From positions 33,440 through 97,439 of the forward strand of contig MIAR01000045.1 in NCBI GenBank assembly GCA_001829185.1: DNA of 64,000 bases, given 5' to 3'. How positions within the stretch are numbered: position 1 is the first letter of the stretch; each line of letters opens with the position of its first letter. The notes under the pieces are model-generated. The model was not told the origin of the DNA. It saw nothing but the letters and a program-made list of their open reading frames with translations, and ran no database searches. The position numbers were made by a program, and so were the translations under genes. Source of the stretch: Spirochaetes bacterium GWB1_60_80. Lineage in GTDB: Bacteria; Spirochaetota; Spirochaetia; Treponematales; UBA12059. Below, one piece after another: positions 1-9,654 of the stretch.

Positions 1-999
1 AGCCGACAGGGTGCCGGGCGAAGGCATTTGACCGGGCGGCGCGGCCATCGGCGTCGCTTCGCCCTGGTACGGGCTGTCGTCCTGCTCGTCGCCTGTACCG
101 CCTTCCTGGCCGCCGGTCCGCTCCACCGTCGAGCCTTCGGCCGCTTCGCCGTCGGCCTCAACCCGCGTCGAGTTTTCGGGCTTTTCGCCGGCCATCTCGT
201 CGGAGGTGTCGGGATTGGAGGCCTCGGAGCCGCGGCTTTCCGCCAGGTTGGCCTGGGCTAACGTCGCCCGGTCGACCAGTTCGCGCACTTCCTCCAGTCG
301 GCCGGCCCGCAAGGCCGCGGCCAACAGGCGGGCCAGTTCCGGCTTGTCGGGGAACATGGCCGTGGCCAATTCCTCCGGCGTGGCCGATGGATCGACCGAC
401 GGCAGGGCGGCCGAGACTTCGGCCACGGCGGCGGCCACTTGTACCGGCGTGGCTTCCGGCTGGCTGAAGCCGGGCATTGTCCAGCTACCGGCCGGCACCA
501 CTCCACCCGACCAGGGCAGCAGGACCAGCGCCCCTACGGCCAGCAGGCCGGCCGCGGCCAGCAGCAACGGCCGGACCCAGAAGCGTCGCGGAATGGCCAG
601 CGCCTCGATCCCTGGCAACCGCCTTTCGGCGGCCTGGATCACCGCCTCATCATAGTCGCCATGCTCCGGCTTGTACTGGCGCTGGACGCACAGCAGGCTG
701 GAGGAAAACAAGCCCTGGCGGCCGAGCGCCCGATCGATCCAGCCGGCGGCCAGTTCCAGCGTCACCGGGCGACGCAGCGTCCACCAAGCGGCGGCGCCAG
801 CAGCCAGGCCACCAGCCGCTAAAACCAGCCCCACGGCCGGCCACGGATCGGCTAGCCCCGAGGCGACAAACAGTCCAGCCACAACGGCGCCGGCCAAACT
901 GACGCTGCCACACCAAGCAGCCAGTCTGGCCAGCCAGGCTTGACGCTGCAGCCGGCGCCGCACGGCCTCCAAGGCCGCGACGAGTCGTTCGCCGTTCAT
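1..999 (-). CDS. hypothetical membrane-anchored protein, first 333 codons (gene continues past the left edge)
   Basis: Absent from the ORF track because it has no in-window stop. I checked all 333 minus-strand codons from 999 to 1 and none is a stop. The ATG at 999-997 is preceded by GGAGG and overlaps the upstream stop as ATGA. The translation starts MNGERLVAALEAVRRRLQRQAWLARLAAWCGSVSLAGAVVAGLFV, with two hydrophobic helices and an acidic tail. Confidence 0.55.
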   Translation of the reverse strand, partial: MNGERLVAALEAVRRRLQRQAWLARLAAWCGSVSLAGAVVAGLFVASGLADPWPAVGLVLAAGGLAAGAAAWWTLRRPVTLELAAGWIDRALGRQGLFSSSLLCVQRQYKPEHGDYDEAVIQAAERRLPGIEALAIPRRFWVRPLLLAAAGLLAVGALVLLPWSGGVVPAGSWTMPGFSQPEATPVQVAAAVAEVSAALPSVDPSATPEELATAMFPDKPELARLLAAALRAGRLEEVRELVDRATLAQANLAESRGSEASNPDTSDEMAGEKPENSTRVEADGEAAEGSTVERTGGQEGGTGDEQDDSPYQGEATPMAAPPGQMPSPGTLSA

Positions 1000-1661
1000 G
1001 GAGCCTCCTTGCGGTACAGACGCCGGGATTGACCACAGCCAAGCAGAGCCAGCAGGCCGGCAACCGCCAGCCAAACCGGTAGGGCCAGCCAGGCCAGCCA
1101 GGAATGCCGCCCGCTCATCAACCACCAGGCACCGATAAAGGGATTCAGGAAACGCAAGACAGGCACCAACGAAACCGACAGGAACCACAGCAGGGTTAAC
1201 CAGAGACCCGGCAGGCTGTCGTCGTCGTTGCGGGTGGCGGAGGCCAGGAAACCGGCGGCGCCGGCCAGCAGCCAGGTGGCCAAACCCAAAGCCAGCAGAC
1301 GCGGCAGGATGCTGGCCGGCAGCTGCCAGGCGCGCAGCACCAGTACCAATACGGGCGAATAGACCAGCGCGAAAACCGCCCAGGCCAGGGCCGCGCCAGT
1401 CAGCAAGCCAAGTACGATATTAGACGATGGCAGACGTTCCAGCGCCTGGCGCAAGCGCTGCCGGCCGGCTGACTCCGGGCCGTAGCGCCAACCAGCCAGC
1501 CAGCCGCCGACCAAGTGGGCCAGCACGGCGGCGAGCGCGCCGGTGAACGGAGAGAGGACGCGGAAGGAAGTGGCCAGCAGGCATAACGGCAGCAGCCAGA
1601 ACAGGCCGAGGCCGGGGCGCTGACGCCAGTCGCGGAAGACCGCTAAAGCCAGGGCCGTCAC
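996..1661 (-). CDS. polytopic integral membrane protein, function unknown
   Basis: ORF 996..1832 is trimmed to the in-frame GTG at 1661, which overlaps the upstream stop as GTGA. The sequence is almost entirely hydrophobic L/A/W-rich helices. It is translationally coupled on both sides. Confidence 0.55.
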   Translation of the reverse strand: MTALALAVFRDWRQRPGLGLFWLLPLCLLATSFRVLSPFTGALAAVLAHLVGGWLAGWRYGPESAGRQRLRQALERLPSSNIVLGLLTGAALAWAVFALVYSPVLVLVLRAWQLPASILPRLLALGLATWLLAGAAGFLASATRNDDDSLPGLWLTLLWFLSVSLVPVLRFLNPFIGAWWLMSGRHSWLAWLALPVWLAVAGLLALLGCGQSRRLYRKEAP

Positions 1662-3322
1662 GGCTGGCCCCCGGCCAGGTCGGCCAAGGGCAACGCCCAG
1701 ACCAAAGCCCGCAGTGGCAAGCCATTTAGCCGGATATCGCCCAAGGTAGCCGTCTGTCGGCCAAACAAGAAGGCTTGGTCGGGCAAGGCATCGACCAGGC
1801 CGACGGCCCAGACCGCGTCGGCTTCCAGCCAAGGCGGGAAGCTGGCCAGGTCACGCCAGTCGCCCCGGACGCGATCCCATTCCTGCCAGCGGCCACCAGC
1901 GCTGGACGGGGTGGACGCATCCGGCGCATAGCGGGCCAGCCGCGTCCCCCAGGGCAGGCGCCCGGCCTGCCAGCGGCTCACGGCGCGCTCCACCGGCGCC
2001 GGCCAGACTTCCAGCCAGGCCGCCAGCTCGACGCCGCCGGGGAAAACGCGGCGCAGGGCCGCGGCCGAGGCCAGGCCGGACCGGATCAGGCGCGGCGCCG
2101 TACCACTATCGGGATAAAATGTTAACCGGTTGACGCCACCGGCCGGCATCGTTAGTTCGTAGGTCAGCTCAGGCCGCAGTTCCTGGAGCCCTCGTTGGGC
2201 CAGCGGATCGGGCGGCGCCAGCAACAGGCTGGCGAAAGCGCCGGCCGACTCGGGCAGCAGCACAAAGCGGGCGCGCAAGGCATGGCCAATGTCGCGCGGG
2301 CCGACCAGGCTGGCGCCGAAAAACATGATGGCCAGCCAGGCCAGGGAATAGGCCAGACTCGGCCACAGCCAACGCCGCCGGCGCCACAGCGCGATCAAGA
2401 CCAGTCCCAGTCCCCAAAGTAGCACGACCAGCGCCGTACGGCCGGAGAGGGCCAGCTCATCGCCGGCCGACCAGCCCCAGCCCAGCCGCGGCTGGGCCTC
2501 GATCCAGGGATTAAGGCGTTGCGGGCGCTCGAAGGAACGCAAACCGAGTAGTTGGCCCCAGCGGCCGGCCTGGCTGGCCAGGGCGGCCGGCACCAGCGGC
2601 CCAACAGCCACTACCAAATGACCTAAGCCAAAGGCGACGGAACGTGGATCGGCCGCGGCTCCCGTCGCCAGACTCTCCTGACCAAGTCGCAGCCGCGTGG
2701 CCAGGCCATCGGGGCGGGCCTGGCTGATAGCCAGACAGCCGCCGGCCGCCAACCAGGCCCGCAGCGCCCGGACGGTGGCGGCCGAGAGCGGTCCGTCTTT
2801 AATGACGATGGCGGAAACGCCATCCAGGCCCAGGGCGGAGGGCGGCAGCTGTTCGGGACGCAGTCCGGCCACCCGTACCGGCTCAACGGGGTCCAGCGCC
2901 CGGTTCAAGCCGACCAGGCTGGCCGCATCCTGGCCAACAGCCAGGATCAAATGCGAATCTTGCCGGTTGTCGGCCGGCTGGAAGGGGAATTCAGCCACCA
3001 CGGTTATACCTGACAGCAGGCGGACTTGCAGCGCGTCGCCGGCCGCGACGTAAAACGGCAGGCTCAATCCAGGCATGGCCGGCATCTGGCAAGCCGCCGT
3101 CAGTCCGTTGCGGAGGTCGGTGCTAACGATTTCAACGCTATCGCCGGGAGCGTTGCCCGGCAAGATCAACCAGAGCGGCGTCAGGCGGTCGCTGGTCGCC
3201 TGGCCACCAAAACCAAATTCGCCAGACTGGGCAGCCAACGGGCCAAGCAGGCTAAAAAAGCAGCCAAGGAGCAGGAACTGTCTTAGCCCATACCGGATTG
3301 CGCGTCGCGACACCGAATACAC
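1658..3322 (-). CDS. hypothetical exported/membrane protein (N-terminal signal peptide, internal TM segments)
   Basis: 554-aa ORF with a GTG start. It has a signal-like N-terminus (LLLGCFFSLLGPLAAQSG) and is the first gene of a three-gene coupled operon. I recognise no catalytic motif. Confidence 0.6.
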   Translation of the reverse strand: MYSVSRRAIRYGLRQFLLLGCFFSLLGPLAAQSGEFGFGGQATSDRLTPLWLILPGNAPGDSVEIVSTDLRNGLTAACQMPAMPGLSLPFYVAAGDALQVRLLSGITVVAEFPFQPADNRQDSHLILAVGQDAASLVGLNRALDPVEPVRVAGLRPEQLPPSALGLDGVSAIVIKDGPLSAATVRALRAWLAAGGCLAISQARPDGLATRLRLGQESLATGAAADPRSVAFGLGHLVVAVGPLVPAALASQAGRWGQLLGLRSFERPQRLNPWIEAQPRLGWGWSAGDELALSGRTALVVLLWGLGLVLIALWRRRRWLWPSLAYSLAWLAIMFFGASLVGPRDIGHALRARFVLLPESAGAFASLLLAPPDPLAQRGLQELRPELTYELTMPAGGVNRLTFYPDSGTAPRLIRSGLASAAALRRVFPGGVELAAWLEVWPAPVERAVSRWQAGRLPWGTRLARYAPDASTPSSAGGRWQEWDRVRGDWRDLASFPPWLEADAVWAVGLVDALPDQAFLFGRQTATLGDIRLNGLPLRALVWALPLADLAGGQP

Positions 3323-3429
3323 TCCGTTCCGGCCTTCGCGCCGCGAAATCCGCCGCCTGACCGAAGGCCATTATGGCATGGGAATTCCCAGCTGTCAATT
3401 TCAAGCAGGTCTCAGCCCTTGCGGACGGC

Positions 3430-4407
3430 TTATTCAACCCCAACCAGGGCCTTGATATAATGTAAGCGGCCATACAGTTCCGGGTGCGCCGAGTTGCGCC
3501 TCGACAAATGGCCGTGCAGCTCCTTAAACGAAGTGACTTTACGCGACGCCATCCAGTGCGTCATGTCTTCCAGCACGGCGGTAATGGCCGGGAAGCCGCC
3601 GGAATAAACGGCCGAGCAAAGCTGAACGGCGGTGGCGCCGGCTGCAATCAGCTTGATGGCGCTCTGGCCATCGTAGACGCCGCCAGAAGCCGCCAGGTCG
3701 AGCGGTGCCCGGCCCTCCATTAAGGCCAGCCAGCGCAGGCTGTCATGGAAACTCTCCGGGTTGCTGCGGCTGGGGCCGGGCTTGAGGCTCATCGTGTCCA
3801 GGTCGATATCCATGCGATAAAAACGGTTGAACAGCACCAGCCCCTTGGCGCCGGCCTTGGCCAGCCGCAGCGCCAGGTTGAGCGGATTGGTAAAGCTCAT
3901 GCCGAGCTTGACGGCTACCGGAATGGTTATGGCCCGGCAGACGCTAGCCACCGTATCCACCAGAGCTTGCTCGATCTGGGCGGCGGTCTCGTCGGGTGAA
4001 TAGGGAATTAGGCCAAGGTTCATTTCCAGGGCATCAGCGCCGGCCTTCTCGATGTTCTTGGCGTAGTCCGGCCACCAGGCGCCGCTGGTGCCGTTCAGGC
4101 TGGCAATAACCGGTACGTCCAGATTACGCTTGGCATCGGCAATCAGGTCAAAGTACCAGATGGCGCCATCACTCAAGCCCATACCCTGCAAGAAATTGGC
4201 CGCCTCGGGGTGACCCTCAAGCTCATCGTTAATGACCTCAAGCTCGGCGCGTAGCTGTTCCTCGAACAGCGACTTGAGCACCACGGCACCGATGCCGGCA
4301 TTAGTAGCCTTGACCAGTTTGTCGAGGGAAGCTCCCAGGCCGCAAGCCGCCAGCAGCAGCGGATTCTTCAGTGTTAAGCCCAAGTAACGTACGGATAGAT
4401 CGATCAT
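3430..4407 (-). CDS. dihydroorotate dehydrogenase-like flavoprotein (class 1 DHOD/DHPD fold)
   Basis: The start is moved to the ATG at 4407 (GAAAGGA upstream), giving MIDLSVRYLGLTLKNPLLLAAC...GIGAVVLKSLFEEQL. This is a typical DHOD-like TIM-barrel N-terminus, with a C-terminal GGVYDGQSAIKLIAAGA. Confidence 0.8.
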   Translation of the reverse strand: MIDLSVRYLGLTLKNPLLLAACGLGASLDKLVKATNAGIGAVVLKSLFEEQLRAELEVINDELEGHPEAANFLQGMGLSDGAIWYFDLIADAKRNLDVPVIASLNGTSGAWWPDYAKNIEKAGADALEMNLGLIPYSPDETAAQIEQALVDTVASVCRAITIPVAVKLGMSFTNPLNLALRLAKAGAKGLVLFNRFYRMDIDLDTMSLKPGPSRSNPESFHDSLRWLALMEGRAPLDLAASGGVYDGQSAIKLIAAGATAVQLCSAVYSGGFPAITAVLEDMTHWMASRKVTSFKELHGHLSRRNSAHPELYGRLHYIKALVGVE

Positions 4408-4559
4408 GCTTGGTCCTTTCCCGGTCGACGAGGCGAGCGCCGGCCGACCATAGTCGGGCAACGCAGGCGGAGCCCCGACGACCGTAGCCGGAGCCCTGCT
4501 GCAAGTATAGTAATATTTCGGCGAGCATGCAAATGAATCGGTATGAACCACCCGGCAGG

Positions 4560-5603
4560 CTAGGCGGAGATGCTCACCCGGTTGCGGCCATTTTGCTTGG
4601 ACTGGTAGAGAGCCTTGTCGGCCCGGTCGATGACCGACTTGGCCGAATGATCCATCTCCGGCGAGAAGCAGGCGATGCCCAGCGAAATGGTAACCGACAA
4701 CTTGGTGTTCTCGTAATCGGTAATCGTGGTAGCCACGTTAAGGCGCAGGCGCTCGGCGATGACCTTGGCGGCCTCGATGGCGGTGTCGGGCAAAAGCAGG
4801 CAAAATTCCTCACCGCCATAGCGGGCGGCGGTATCGGTTGGCCGGGTATTGAGCTGGATCAGCTTGGCCACCTGCTTGAGCACCACGTCGCCGCAGGAAT
4901 GGCCGTAGGTATCGTTGAACAGCTTGAAATGGTCGATGTCCATCATCACCACGCACAGCGGCTTGCCGCTGAGGGAACTCTGCTCCATGCGCTCGATCAG
5001 CGCCGTGTAGAAGTAGTGCTTCATGCGCAGTTTGGTCATCATGTCGGTGGTAGTCATCTCGAACAGGAAGGCGTTGTTGATGGCGATGGCCGCCAGGGTG
5101 GCGATATTCAGCAAGTATTCTTTCTCATAGGCCGAGAAATCCTCGCTCATGATCTGGTCGCCCAGGATGATAATGCCGTTGATGACGCCCTTGGTCTTAA
5201 GGGGGACGATCAGGGTGGGCTCCAGAGGCACCAGCTTGTCTAGGCCGCCGAGGTTGCCCAATATCTGCTGGATCTCGTCGAGCGTGTAACAGCGGTACTC
5301 GCGGCTGAACAGCTTCATAGCCGGCAGGCTCTCGTCGAGGGTGTAGTCGACGTTGTGCTCCAGTTCGAAGCCCTTGTAGTTGCGGTGCAGGCTAAAGGCG
5401 CTGGAATCGATGCCGCGCTTGGCGTAGAGGGCGGCCTTGAGCACCTTCATCTGTCCCATGATGGTATACAGGATCGAGTCGATTAGAATCATGTAATCGA
5501 GAGTCGAGTTGAGGCTTTTTGAAATCTCGAGCAACTGCTTGAGGTCGAAAATCTGCTTTTCGTAATCCTCAAGCTGCGCCGGGTTGGTTTCGGCTTCATT
5601 CAT
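4560..5603 (-). CDS. diguanylate cyclase (N-terminal GAF-like sensor plus GGDEF)
   Basis: Contains RYGGEEFCLLLP (a GGEEF active site) and DHFKLFNDTYGH in the 347-aa ORF. Confidence 0.85.
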   Translation of the reverse strand: MNEAETNPAQLEDYEKQIFDLKQLLEISKSLNSTLDYMILIDSILYTIMGQMKVLKAALYAKRGIDSSAFSLHRNYKGFELEHNVDYTLDESLPAMKLFSREYRCYTLDEIQQILGNLGGLDKLVPLEPTLIVPLKTKGVINGIIILGDQIMSEDFSAYEKEYLLNIATLAAIAINNAFLFEMTTTDMMTKLRMKHYFYTALIERMEQSSLSGKPLCVVMMDIDHFKLFNDTYGHSCGDVVLKQVAKLIQLNTRPTDTAARYGGEEFCLLLPDTAIEAAKVIAERLRLNVATTITDYENTKLSVTISLGIACFSPEMDHSAKSVIDRADKALYQSKQNGRNRVSISA

Positions 5604-5731
5604 GGGGGCAGGCCACTCCGTTCCGGTGATTATAATACCGTCTCCCGAAAAAATCCAGCCGAAAGCCCCATTATTGGCACGCCGCTGCCGTGTCAGCCTT
5701 TTTAGCCTACGCTGCGCTGGCCAGAGCGCCC

Positions 5732-6478
5732 TTAGGCCCGGCTTTTCCAGGCCACCGCCTGCCGAAAAACGTCCAACCCCAGGCCGCCTTCATAGCCATG
5801 GCGGCGGGCCGGGTGTACTTCCGGATGAATGAAGGCCTCCGGGTGCGGCATCAGACCGAAAACCCGGCCGGTGGGGTCGCAGATGCCGGCGATGTCGGCC
5901 ACCGAACCGTTGGGGTTGCCGCCATGGTAACGCAGGGCCACCAGGTGACCAGCCTCCAGGCGGGCCAGGGTGGCCGGCGTGTCGGTTACGAAGCGTCCCT
6001 CGCCGTGGCGGATGGGCAGCCAGCGCCGGCCCAGCCCCTGGGTCCAGACACAAGGCGATGCCGGATCAACCTCCACCATCACCCAGTCGTCGATAAAACG
6101 GCCCTGCTGATTGTGTACCAGCGAGACGCTCGGCCGGCTTGAACCGTCCAGCGCCGGCAGGAGGCCAGTCTTGACTAAGGTTTGGAAGCCGTTACAAATG
6201 CCGATAACCAGCCCGCCGTCGGCCACAAAACGCGACAGCTCCGGATAGAGTTTGCGGCGGAACAGCTGGGCTAGCACCAGGCCGGAGCCCAGGTGGTCGC
6301 CAAAGGAAAAACCGCCCGGGAAGGCCAGGTAATCGTAAGCGGCCAGCAGCGCCGGCTCGGCCACCAGGTCAGCGACATGGCGACGCTCGGCCTCCGCCCC
6401 GGCTAGCTGAAAGGCTACCGCCAACTCTTCGTCGGCGTTGATGCCGTAACCGGCTACTACCAATGCGCGTGTCTTCAT
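5732..6478 (-). CDS. purQ: phosphoribosylformylglycinamidine synthase, glutaminase subunit
   Basis: Carries the GICNGFQ nucleophile-elbow cysteine and RHGEGRF (the His/Glu pair). It lies immediately downstream of purL. Confidence 0.85.
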   Translation of the reverse strand: MKTRALVVAGYGINADEELAVAFQLAGAEAERRHVADLVAEPALLAAYDYLAFPGGFSFGDHLGSGLVLAQLFRRKLYPELSRFVADGGLVIGICNGFQTLVKTGLLPALDGSSRPSVSLVHNQQGRFIDDWVMVEVDPASPCVWTQGLGRRWLPIRHGEGRFVTDTPATLARLEAGHLVALRYHGGNPNGSVADIAGICDPTGRVFGLMPHPEAFIHPEVHPARRHGYEGGLGLDVFRQAVAWKSRA

Positions 6479-6511
6479 ATATTAATCCTCAACTCCATGT
6501 ATACCGCCGCC

Positions 6512-9500
6512 TTAGCGGCTGATTGGCGTCTTGAAGGCCCGCTCAATGTCGACCAGGCTGGCGGCCAGCACCGCCTCTTTCTCCAGGTTGACGCGCAGCG
6601 CCGCCGGCCCGTCCGCCGCGGCGGCTGTCACCTCGCCGGCCAGGCGCCAGGCGCAGCCGCACAGGGTATCCTCGAAGCGCTCGCGGTCTTCGCTGCGGAT
6701 CGACACCACGTAGCGGCCGCCCGATTCGCCGAACAAGGCGCGGACCGCATACTCGGCGGCGGGAAAGCGTTCCAGCCCGCCAGACAGGTGGCTGAGCTGA
6801 ATCTGGGCGCCCAGACGACCGCCCAGGCAGCACTCGGCCAGGGCCACCGCCAGGCCGCCGTCCGAGCAATCGTGGCAGGAGCGCACGATGCGCCCGGAGA
6901 TGGCCCGGGCCAAGGCGGCATACAGGACCTTGGCTTTTCCCAGGTCCACGTCCGGCGCTGTGCCAAACTGCTTACCGGGCTGCACCCGCTCAAACATGGT
7001 GCAGCCGAGCTCGCCGTTGTGGTCGCCTAGGAAATAGATCAGGTCACCGGCGGCTAGGAAGTCGGTCGAGACCGCTTTCTGGACGTTGTCGATGGCGCCC
7101 ATCAGCGTCACCAGCAGGGTGGGCCGCACCGAAATCTTCTTGCCGTCGGCCCGGGCGTCGTTCTTCATGGAATCCTTGCCGGACACCAGCGGCAGGCCGT
7201 AGGCCAGGCAGGCCTCGCGTAGGCCCTGGCAGGCGCGCACCAACTGGGCGGCCTTGTAGCGGCCGTCCGGCGTACTCAGGCTCTCCACCGGGTCGGGCCA
7301 GCAGAAATTGTCCAGGGCGGCCGCCTTTTCCGGGTCGCCGCCCAGGCCGACGTGGGCCCGGTAGGCCTCGTCGACCGCCATGCGCGCCATGACGCGGGTA
7401 TCGGCGTCGGAGTAGCGCGGGCAGATGCCGTGCGTTATGGTGATGCCGTGGTGGCTGGTGTGGTCGACGCGCAGCACGGCGCCGTCGCTGGGGGCGTCGG
7501 CCAGCGGTCCGGCAAAGGGTTTCTCGACCGACTTGCCCTGCACCTCGTGGTCGTACTGGCGCACCAGGCTTTCCTTGCTGGCCACGTTCGGCTCGGCCAG
7601 TATTTTCAATAATAGACTCCGGTTGGCCAGGGACGCAGGCGCGCCAGCCGCCAAGGCCAGATCAAGGGTCGTCGGCAGCGAGTCGTTACGGCGTTGCGGC
7701 GCTTCCCAGCGGGCCGGGATGCGCAGGGGCGGCAAGCCGCGGTGCAGGAATTCTAGCGACAGGCAGCCGGCCGGCCGGCCATGCGCCACCAGTTCGATGT
7801 AACCGGAGTCGGTAAACTCGCCCACCACGCTGGCCTCGACGCCCAGGCGCTGGGCCAGAGCCAGGAAAGCCGGCCATGTATCGGGCGCCACCGCCAGGCT
7901 CATCCGCTCCTGGCTCTCGGACACCAGAATTTCCCAGGGCGACAGGCCCTGGTACTTGAGCGGGCAGGCCGACAGGTCGATGCGCACGCCGCCGGATGAT
8001 TCGGCCATCTCGCCCAGGCTGGACGACAGGCCGCCGGCGCCATTGTCGGTGATGCCCTCGTACAGGCCGCGGTCGCGCGCCGCCAGCAGGAAGTCGGTCA
8101 GGCGGCGCTGGATGATCGGGTCGCCGATCTGCACCGCCGACACCGGGCTGGTCTCGTCCAGGGCCAGGCTGGAAAAGGTGGCGCCGTGGATGCCGTCCTT
8201 GCCGATGCGGCCGCCCAGCATCACGGCCAGGGCGCCGGGGCGGACGGCCTTTTCCCACGACGGCCGGCCGTTGACGGTTTCGGGCATCAGGCCGCCGGTG
8301 CCGCAAAAAACCAGCGGCTTGCCGGCGAAGCTGTCGTCGAACAAGAAGGCGCCGGCCGCCGTCGGGATGCCGGACTGGTTGCCGCCGTCGACGATACCCT
8401 TGTGTACGCCTTCCAGAATCTCGCGTGGATGCATCAGCCCCTTGGGCAGGTCGGCCTCCGGCATGTCGGGGTAGCCGAAGCACAGTACGTTGGTGTTGAA
8501 AATCGGCTTGGCGCCGATGCCGGTGCCCAGGATGTCGCGGTTGACGCCGACGATGCCGGTGATGGCGCCGCCGTAGGGGTCCAGGGCGCTGGGGCTGTTG
8601 TGGGTCTCGGCCTTGACGCACAGCACGCTGCCTGAGTGGAAGGCCACCACGCCGGCGTTGTCGGTAAACACCGAGCGCAGGAAGGGCCGCGTCGGGCGCA
8701 AGTCCTCGGTGGTCTGCTTGATATACGATTTATACAGTGAATTAATGGTAACATCATTAACTGGCTCGGCGGCATCTTCGTAATCGATGCGGGCGTTGAA
8801 AATCTTGTGCTTGCAGTGCTCGCTCCAGGTCTGGGCGATCATCTCGATCTCGACGTCGGTGGCCTCGGCCGACAGGCCGCGGGCCAGGCGGTCGGCTCGG
8901 ATGGCCGGGTCCAGGTAGTAGCCCCGGACGGCCTGCATTTCCGGCAGAGTCAGGGCCAGCAGACGCTCGGCCGACAGGCGCTCCAGGCCGGCATCGTCCA
9001 GGCTGGCCACGGCGATAATCTGCGGTTCGGGCTTGTCGTGGACGTCCGGCGCCGGGTAGGAAGCTGGCGGCCGCCGGCCGGCCTCCCAGTCGGCCCGGCT
9101 AATGGCCACCGCCGACTGGACCAGCGGATTGTGCAGCAACGCGGCCGCGCGCTGGGCCTGTGCGGCCGTCAAGTCGCCGCGCAGCAGGTACTGGCGGGCG
9201 GTAGACAGGCCGGTCGCGGCCGCCGCCAGCTCGTCGCCCTCCAGCAACAGCGCCTCGCGGGCGGTAATGGCCAGAGTGTCGGTCACGCCGGGGCGCCAGG
9301 CCACTTCCAGCAACCAGGACCAGCCGGCCAAGTCAACGTCCAGCGCCAGAGCGCGCTCGACAGCCACCGCCTGGACCACCGGGTCACAAAAAACCGAACG
9401 CGCCCGGTCAGAAGACACAGGCGCGCCCGGCAGCACGACATCGATGATAGTGACGCCCAACTGGCAGCCCAGAGCGCGCGACAATTTGTCGGCTAGGCTG

Positions 9501-9550
9501 CGCGCCCGGCCATCGAGCATGGTATCGCTGAAACGAATTTCTATACGCAT
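6512..9550 (-). CDS. purL: phosphoribosylformylglycinamidine synthase subunit PurL (long form with extra N-terminal domain)
   Basis: Motifs in a 1012-aa ORF: KAETHNSPSALDPYGGAITG, GGRIGKDGIHGATFSS and VSGKDSMKND. Confidence 0.9.
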   Translation of the reverse strand: MRIEIRFSDTMLDGRARSLADKLSRALGCQLGVTIIDVVLPGAPVSSDRARSVFCDPVVQAVAVERALALDVDLAGWSWLLEVAWRPGVTDTLAITAREALLLEGDELAAAATGLSTARQYLLRGDLTAAQAQRAAALLHNPLVQSAVAISRADWEAGRRPPASYPAPDVHDKPEPQIIAVASLDDAGLERLSAERLLALTLPEMQAVRGYYLDPAIRADRLARGLSAEATDVEIEMIAQTWSEHCKHKIFNARIDYEDAAEPVNDVTINSLYKSYIKQTTEDLRPTRPFLRSVFTDNAGVVAFHSGSVLCVKAETHNSPSALDPYGGAITGIVGVNRDILGTGIGAKPIFNTNVLCFGYPDMPEADLPKGLMHPREILEGVHKGIVDGGNQSGIPTAAGAFLFDDSFAGKPLVFCGTGGLMPETVNGRPSWEKAVRPGALAVMLGGRIGKDGIHGATFSSLALDETSPVSAVQIGDPIIQRRLTDFLLAARDRGLYEGITDNGAGGLSSSLGEMAESSGGVRIDLSACPLKYQGLSPWEILVSESQERMSLAVAPDTWPAFLALAQRLGVEASVVGEFTDSGYIELVAHGRPAGCLSLEFLHRGLPPLRIPARWEAPQRRNDSLPTTLDLALAAGAPASLANRSLLLKILAEPNVASKESLVRQYDHEVQGKSVEKPFAGPLADAPSDGAVLRVDHTSHHGITITHGICPRYSDADTRVMARMAVDEAYRAHVGLGGDPEKAAALDNFCWPDPVESLSTPDGRYKAAQLVRACQGLREACLAYGLPLVSGKDSMKNDARADGKKISVRPTLLVTLMGAIDNVQKAVSTDFLAAGDLIYFLGDHNGELGCTMFERVQPGKQFGTAPDVDLGKAKVLYAALARAISGRIVRSCHDCSDGGLAVALAECCLGGRLGAQIQLSHLSGGLERFPAAEYAVRALFGESGGRYVVSIRSEDRERFEDTLCGCAWRLAGEVTAAAADGPAALRVNLEKEAVLAASLVDIERAFKTPISR

Positions 9551-9654
9551 GCCAACGGATAGTAACAGAAAGCGGCCGGCGCGGGAAGCCCCGGACGGAT
9601 GCGGACAAAAACAAACGTTTCATCTATAGTTACCCCCAAGGAGCGCACCGGCAC

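Noticed and set aside
4527-5243. 238-aa plus-strand ORF opposite the GGDEF gene
   Set aside because: It is antisense to a gene with a clear GGEEF active site. It is a shadow ORF.
7686-8621. 311-aa minus-strand ORF inside purL in a different frame
   Set aside because: The translation is Arg/Pro/Gly-rich (RRRHHRHRRRQPRHPGH...), with no start context. It is an out-of-frame artefact of a GC-rich gene.
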